The notes under the pieces: model-generated | The model's input: the letters and a program-made list of their open reading frames with translations, nothing else | Database searches by the model: none | What the model was told of the DNA's origin: nothing | Assembly (NCBI RefSeq): GCF_009936235.1 | Contig: NZ_AP022314.1 | Span: 4,093,735 to 4,125,734, forward strand | Origin: Mycobacterium xenopi | Lineage (GTDB): Bacteria; Actinomycetota; Actinomycetes; Mycobacteriales; Mycobacteriaceae | Direction of reading: 5' to 3' | Length of the DNA stretch: 32,000 nucleotides | In this document: piece after piece, positions 27,306 through 32,000 of the stretch | How positions within the stretch are numbered: position 1 is the first letter of the stretch | Layout: every line of letters begins with the position of its first letter | Program-made: the position numbers and the translations under genes

Positions 27306-28520
27306 GTGGACGGTGACGCTGCCGACCCGCTGCTGCTTGGCCAGCGGGTGCTGGCGATCCTGGAGACCGGGCTGCGCACGGCCACCTACAAACTTGCCAC
27401 ACTGATGGCGTTGATCGACCACTGCATTGAGAACATGCCCGAGCGGACCGACGATGTGCTGCGTGTGCCGATCCCCGATCTGGCGCATCGAGTGCTAGAG
27501 CTGTACTGGCCGCAGGTGCGCCCATTCGAGGGCCATGAATTGCGCCAGTCGACGCAACCGCGGGCACGAATCCTGGTTGCCACGACCGCGTTACGTGAGG
27601 CGACCGAAGTTACAGGCACGGGTCTACCGGTGGACATCGCCGGGCTGCGCGCGCCTGCCGCGTATCAAAGCGCCGTCGACGAAATCGCCCTGTGCCTGGC
27701 GCAGCAGCCGCTGCATCGGCTCCAGAAACTGCCGGGCTCGTCGGCGAGCGATCCGTTTCTCTACGACGACTCGTTCCTGCACGACCAGGTCCCACGGTCG
27801 ACACTCCACGCCCGCGGCGATGCGATCGAACTTAAACCGGGTGTGGCGCAGGGTCTTGCTCGGCTCGCCGGGCTACTCAAGCTGGCGTTGGAGATCATGT
27901 GGGTCGACGACGTGCGTCGGATGAACAGATTCCTGCACTCCCAGGTCCCTGACGTGGCGGGACACCTGTTTGGTCGCGAGCGCACCGCGCTGGCCGCCGT
28001 ACGGGAGCCGTTCAAGGAGGCGTTCGGCCCGCACTGTTTCTACTGCGGCACTCATCTGCCGGTGAACAATCCGGTCGATCATGTGCTGCCGTGGTCGCTG
28101 GTCGGTATCGACGGGCTGGCCAATCTGGTGCTGGCGTGCGCCCGCTGCAACGGTGACAAGGGCGGTGCGTTGCCAGCGGTATCGATGGTGGACCGCGTGC
28201 TGGAGCGTGACCGAAACGTGCTGGACGAGATCGCCTCCGAAATCCAATGGCCGACGCAGCATGAGCGCGTCGTGGCCGCCGCCCGCGGCATCTACCGTGG
28301 GCAGCCCGCCGGTGTGCCGACTTGGTCGGGGTACAAGCAGAGTGAGCGGCTGGATATCAGCTTCCTGCCAGCATGGGGGAGCGATAGCCACAGACCAGCG
28401 CATACATTCATGGTGCCTCGCCCACTATCGAGTAGCGGTCGCGAAGCAACTCTAAATTGTAAAAGGTGTGGGCTTGACCCCGTTTGGTGGACACAGGGTC
28501 AGGCGGCTTGTGCCGTCTGA
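27306..28520 (+). CDS. HNH endonuclease with a ~230-aa unplaced N-terminal domain; last 16 codons come from the IS
   Basis: 404 codons from GTG 27306. HNH motif CFYCGTHLPVNNPVDHVLPWSLVGIDGLANLVLACARCNGDKG. The N-terminus contains RTATYKLATLMALIDHCIE. The IS3 left end at 28469 falls inside the last native codons. Confidence 0.8.
   Translation: MDGDAADPLLLGQRVLAILETGLRTATYKLATLMALIDHCIENMPERTDDVLRVPIPDLAHRVLELYWPQVRPFEGHELRQSTQPRARILVATTALREATEVTGTGLPVDIAGLRAPAAYQSAVDEIALCLAQQPLHRLQKLPGSSASDPFLYDDSFLHDQVPRSTLHARGDAIELKPGVAQGLARLAGLLKLALEIMWVDDVRRMNRFLHSQVPDVAGHLFGRERTALAAVREPFKEAFGPHCFYCGTHLPVNNPVDHVLPWSLVGIDGLANLVLACARCNGDKGGALPAVSMVDRVLERDRNVLDEIASEIQWPTQHERVVAAARGIYRGQPAGVPTWSGYKQSERLDISFLPAWGSDSHRPAHTFMVPRPLSSSGREATLNCKRCGLDPVWWTQGQAACAV
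28469..28494. repeat. IS3-family terminal inverted repeat (left in window coordinates)
   Basis: TGGGCTTGACCCCGTTTGGTGGACAC, versus the reverse complement of 31794-31819. Confidence 0.6.
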
Positions 28521-28867
28521 GTGAGTTGGTCTTCGAACTCGACCGGCCTCATCATAGCGAGGGCCGAATGACGTCTGCGTCGGTTATAGACCCGCTCGAT
28601 CCAATCGCCCACGGCGAGCTTGGCGGCCGTCTTGGTCGGCCACAGATATCGGTCGTAGAACTCGACTTTCAGTGTGGCCCAAAATGATTCCTGCTGGGCG
28701 TTGTCCCAACACACCGCTGTGCGGCCAACTGAACGGGCCAGGTTGTGCTCGCGGGCGAACCGCGCGAGCTGTGCCGAGGTGTACTGGCAGCCGCGATCGG
28801 CGTGCAACACGACCTGCTCGGCGAGCTCGCCGCGCATCGCCACAGCCATCTCCACGGCGGCCCTCAC
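28499..28867 (-). pseudogene. IS3 transposase OrfB, C-terminal part (DDE integrase core)
   Basis: ...RAAVEMAVAMRGELAEQVVLHADRGCQYTSAQLARFAREHNLARSVGRTAVCWDNAQQESFWATLKVE... (the HxDRGxQYTS and DNA.xES motifs). It is out of frame with the short exon piece TYLSTGEG at 28859-28882. Confidence 0.8.
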
Positions 28868-28947
28868 CCGTGCTCAGATAGGTGTAGGGGTCGGACCGAG
28901 GCGCGGTGTCGGCATTTCTGCCAATCCGTTTCCCCGGCCCGCCCTCC

Positions 28948-28981
28948 GAACCCGCCGAGCGAATCTCTCCGCAACGGGCTC
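28948..28981 (-). ncRNA. Group II intron domain V-like hairpin
   Basis: Minus strand: GAGCCCGUUGCGGAGAGAUUCGCUCGGCGGGUUC. The lower stem GAGCCCG/CGGGUUC contains the AGC triad. The upper stem is capped by a GAGA (GNRA) tetraloop and there is a 2-nt bulge on the 3-prime strand. It lies 10 nt after the RT stop and 65 nt before the intron end. Confidence 0.55.
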
Positions 28982-28990
28982 TCCACGGAT

Positions 28991-30439
28991 TCATGCCACT
29001 GGTGCAGTGATGTCCGTCGGCCTCGCTGTCCATGGGGTATTGATCTTCGTGCCCCGGTAGCGGTATCGGGTGACCTCTACCTTCTGCGGCCGGAACATCG
29101 CCGTCTTGCCTTCGCGGATCTGCCAATTGGGCAGGAACCGTCGATGGAAGACGCCCCACGCCAGCCCGTGGTGCCGTTTGCGCATCCAGGTCACCACCCG
29201 CCACCATGCGAAGTGGTCGAGGTAGTCGAAGGTGCGTTTGGACACCCCGTGCTGAAAGTAGTTGCACCATCCCCGAAGGACGGGGTTGAGTCGGCGCAAC
29301 AGATCAGCCAGCGTCCGATGTTTGTGTCGCCGCGTCAGATTCCTGACCTTCTCGGTGATGGACATGAGTGCCTTCTTCGACGGCCAGGTGTAGACGTAGT
29401 GCTTGGTCGTGCCCTTCTTGAGCTGCCGCTGGATGCGGAAGCCGAGGAACTCAAACCCCTCGTCGATGTGGCAAACCCTGCTCTTTTCGACCGACAGGCG
29501 CAGGCCCATCGGCGCGAGCACTGCCGCGATCTCGCCCCACAGCGCTTCGGCATCAACGCGAGTGCCGTGGACCATGACACAAAAATCGTCCGCGTAGCGG
29601 ACGATTTTCATGGTCGGGACTCCTGCGCGTCGATGCTTGGCACGTGTCCATTCCGAGCCGAGCGCCTTCCACTTCGCGGCGAAGTGCTCATCGAGAACGG
29701 ACAGGGCGACATTGCTGAGCAGTGGTGACAGGATTCCGCCTTGCGGAGTGCCGGTGACGTTGTCCCGGTAGCCGAGATCCTTCGAGAGAATCCCTGCCTT
29801 GAGAAACGACTTCACCAGGGCCAGAACGCGTTTATCCCCGATGCGTCGCCGCACTCGGTCCATGAGGGCCGAATGCGAGATTTCGTCGAAGCACGCCGTG
29901 ATGTCTCCCTCGAAAACCCAGTGATAGGCCCGTGAGCCGCTGGCGAGGTGATGGATCTCGGCGATGGCGTCCTGGGCTCGCCTGCGTGGCCGGAACCCGT
30001 ATGAGCACGGATGAAAGTCCGCCTCGAAAATGGGCTCCAACACCAGCTTCAGCGAAGCTTGCACGACCCGGTCGGCGACGGTCGCGATACCCAGGCTGCG
30101 GAGCTTGCCGTTCGCCTTCGGGATCGTCACCTCCCGCACCGGATCCGGCCGGAACACCCGCTCCTTGAGTTCCTGACGGAGCCGCGCAAGCAATCCGACC
30201 GCCTCCACCGGGCCGACAGACCGCGGTGCGATCCCATCGGTTCCAGCAGAACGCGCACCCTTGTTCGTCCGCACCCGCTCCCACGCGACGGTGAGGAACG
30301 CGGGGTCATAAACGAGGTTGTACAAATCATCGAAACAGCGGTCGGTTTCATCAACCGCCCAGTGGTGCAGCTTGCGCTGCATCCTGCGTACCCGCAGCTC
30401 GGCCGTATCCGGGTCGGGCCACGAAGCACTCGTATTCAC
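28991..30439 (-). CDS. Group II intron reverse transcriptase/maturase (no endonuclease domain seen)
   Basis: 482 codons from GTG 30439, preceded by GGAGG. RT motifs include IPKANGKLRSLGI and the catalytic YADDFCVM. Maturase X region LNPVLRGWCNYF. No C-terminal HNH Cys pairs. Confidence 0.9.
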   Translation of the reverse strand: MNTSASWPDPDTAELRVRRMQRKLHHWAVDETDRCFDDLYNLVYDPAFLTVAWERVRTNKGARSAGTDGIAPRSVGPVEAVGLLARLRQELKERVFRPDPVREVTIPKANGKLRSLGIATVADRVVQASLKLVLEPIFEADFHPCSYGFRPRRRAQDAIAEIHHLASGSRAYHWVFEGDITACFDEISHSALMDRVRRRIGDKRVLALVKSFLKAGILSKDLGYRDNVTGTPQGGILSPLLSNVALSVLDEHFAAKWKALGSEWTRAKHRRAGVPTMKIVRYADDFCVMVHGTRVDAEALWGEIAAVLAPMGLRLSVEKSRVCHIDEGFEFLGFRIQRQLKKGTTKHYVYTWPSKKALMSITEKVRNLTRRHKHRTLADLLRRLNPVLRGWCNYFQHGVSKRTFDYLDHFAWWRVVTWMRKRHHGLAWGVFHRRFLPNWQIREGKTAMFRPQKVEVTRYRYRGTKINTPWTARPTDITAPVA

Positions 30440-31041
30440 AAGTGACCTCCACAGTTTGCGTACTTGCCGCGAACCTGCTGGAGCCCTTCGCCATGTGACC
30501 GGCTTTCCCGGCCTCGGACTACTACGGCTCCTCCGCCCCACCACACCGGCATCAGCCGACGACTGCCTTCCTCCCGCCCGGCGGGCTGCCGGGTCGGGTC
30601 GGGGACCGGCGCGGTGGTTCCCGTGTTCACTGTCAACCGATCGACGGGTGAGGTGCCCAGCTATGCCCCTGCGACCTCGTCACGGCTACGCCGCAGACCT
30701 TCACCGTGACCTCCCGAACCGGCGACATCAACCGGCCCGCGAGTTCCCCGCCATCAGGGCGGGTGCGCGTCGCTGCCCAGCCCACATCCGCCAGGTTGGA
30801 GCTGGTGTTTTTCTCTTGAGAGGCGTTCAGCCGCTGGTTCCTCGCGTACACCTTCCCGTCTCGCTAGCCGGACCCAACCCGTCTGGCAGTACCAGGCCGT
30901 CCCGGCGTTGTCGGGGCTGCTTCCCACCCTCACCGTTGCCTCCTCGGATCAGGCTGCCCCCAGCTTCTGCCGCGCCACTGCGATGACTCGGCGACGGTGG
31001 TCTCTCACCCCCGTTCGGTCAAACAGCGCCTCACGGCGCTC

Positions 31042-31443
31042 GATATCCGAGGTCCACACCCGGTTGAGGATCCCGGTGTCGAAACGACGCTTGACCAGGT
31101 CTTTAGGCACCGCAGCATCCAGGTCAACCACCGTGGTGGCCGACGCGAACCGCCGGGGGCAGATCCCGGCCAGGCCTTGGCGGCGCAGTGAGGCCGCCAC
31201 CGTCTTGCGCGAGACCCGCTCACCGTCATCGCGTAGATCGGCCAGGATGCGTGGGGCGCCATAGACGCCGTCGGAGGCCGCGTGGAACTTGGCGACCTTG
31301 GCGTCCAACTCGGCGCGCCGCTGCTGGGCCGGGGTCGGACCGCGCTCGCGGGATTTGCGCCATTTGTAGAACCCCGACCGGGACACCTCCAGGCACTCGC
31401 ACATCCGCTTAACCGGGTAGGTGGCCTTCTCCGCCTCGATCAC
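31042..31443 (-). pseudogene. IS3 transposase OrfB, N-terminal part (exon 1)
   Basis: (V)IEAEKATYPVKRMCECLEVSRSGFYKWRK...YGAPRILADLRDDGERVSRKTVAASLRRQGL...NRVWTSDI, then intron sequence. Confidence 0.8.
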
Positions 31444-31494
31444 CCGGTAAGCTTCTACCGGTGCTGTTCGGAGACGAAGAAGGCCGCGGCTTTT

Positions 31495-31752
31495 TCAAAA
31501 CTCACGGTCCAAACGTAATTCAGCGTTTTCACGGCGCAGACGCTCCAGCTCTGCGCGTTCATCAGCATCTAGCACCGCGCCAGTATCACCAGAAGAAGCC
31601 CCTTGACGTTGGAGGCGCACCCAACGCCCCAGCACTGCTTCACCAACACCAATCTCCGCGGCTACATGAGCCACCGGCCGGCCGGTCTCAATCACCAAGC
31701 GGGCAGCCTGCTCCCGAAACTCCGGGGTGTACCTGCGACGCTTGCCCGACAT
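31495..31752 (-). CDS. IS3 transposase OrfA (HTH)
   Basis: MSGKRRRYTPEFREQAARLVIETGRPVAHVAAEIGVGEAVLGRWV...ELERLRRENAELRLDREF-stop. This is the classic IS3/IS911 OrfA layout with a leucine-zipper-like end. Confidence 0.85.
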   Translation of the reverse strand: MSGKRRRYTPEFREQAARLVIETGRPVAHVAAEIGVGEAVLGRWVRLQRQGASSGDTGAVLDADERAELERLRRENAELRLDREF

Positions 31753-31793
31753 ACGGACATCCTTCCCGCGGGACCAGCAGTCCCACCAGTCAG

Positions 31794-31819
31794 GTGTCCA
31801 CCATCAGGGGTCAACCCCA
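31794..31819. repeat. IS3-family terminal inverted repeat (right in window coordinates)
   Basis: Its reverse complement reads TGGGGTTGACCCCTGATGGTGGACAC. Confidence 0.6.
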
Positions 31820-32000
31820 GGTGTTGATAGCCTTAAAGTTGGCGGAAAACTACATGAATGTACAGCGAGCTTAACAGAATGACGAATCGGAAGGTCAACA
31901 GACCAGGGGAGGACGCTTGCCGGTTACTTGGCAATGGGAGAAGCAAAGCCCGAGCTACGCCAACTACGGAAACGCAAACCAATGGACAGTCAACGCGGGC

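Larger units (their letters stand above)
28883..31041 (-). mobile_element. Group II intron (about 2.16 kb) inserted in IS3 orfB
   Basis: Removing 28883-31041 joins ...NRVWTSDI to TYLSTGEG, restoring the IS3 W-x-x-D-I-T-Y motif. The intron ends ...CCCCUAC, contains a domain V-like hairpin and encodes an RT/maturase. Confidence 0.75.
28469..31819 (-). mobile_element. IS3-family insertion sequence, defective and carrying a group II intron
   Basis: Imperfect terminal inverted repeats starting TGGG(C/G)TTGACCCC (22 of 26 positions match by my count). GGTG is directly repeated at both flanks (28465-28468 and 31820-23). orfA and split orfB lie on the minus strand. Confidence 0.8.

Noticed and set aside
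1-32000. Scan for tRNA, rRNA and CRISPR arrays.
   Set aside because: I saw no cloverleaf-like conserved tRNA boxes, no rRNA-like segments, and no regularly spaced direct repeats.

Overview
High-GC actinobacterial DNA, almost certainly a Mycobacterium chromosome. The layout resembles the M. tuberculosis Rv0623-Rv0631c neighbourhood as I remember it (not searched). Bases 1-5290 are core: the recC end, then recB and recD, joined by ATGA stop/start overlaps. Next come decayed gene fragments, then a YdeI/OmdA-like gene, a mycobacterial-type SAM methyltransferase, a DedA/TVP38 membrane protein, a large SEC-C-motif protein, a FIST protein and a lipoprotein serine hydrolase. From about 13.6 kb the window is accessory and mosaic. 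It holds three intact VapBC modules (14164-14826, 19357-20030, 22359-23017), a duplicated vapB plus broken vapC (23511-23940), and several PIN, FIST and MazG remnants. The most interesting element sits at the window centre. It is a divergent pair: a SWIM-SNF2 helicase (14915-18139, minus) and a protein combining an ERCC4-type nuclease core with an Lsr2-like DNA-binding tail (18278-19267, plus), between two VapBC loci. A second candidate island (23.1-28.5 kb) contains an AAA+ ATPase ending in GNYL, a small Cys/Trp-rich ORF, two decayed MazG-like genes, two decayed membrane-protein paralogues and an HNH endonuclease with an unplaced N-terminal domain. The window ends with a defective IS3-family element (28469-31819; inverted repeats, GGTG target duplication) whose transposase gene is split by a group II intron (28883-31041). 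I saw no rRNA, tRNA or CRISPR array. All calls come from reading the translations and DNA by eye. No database search was run.
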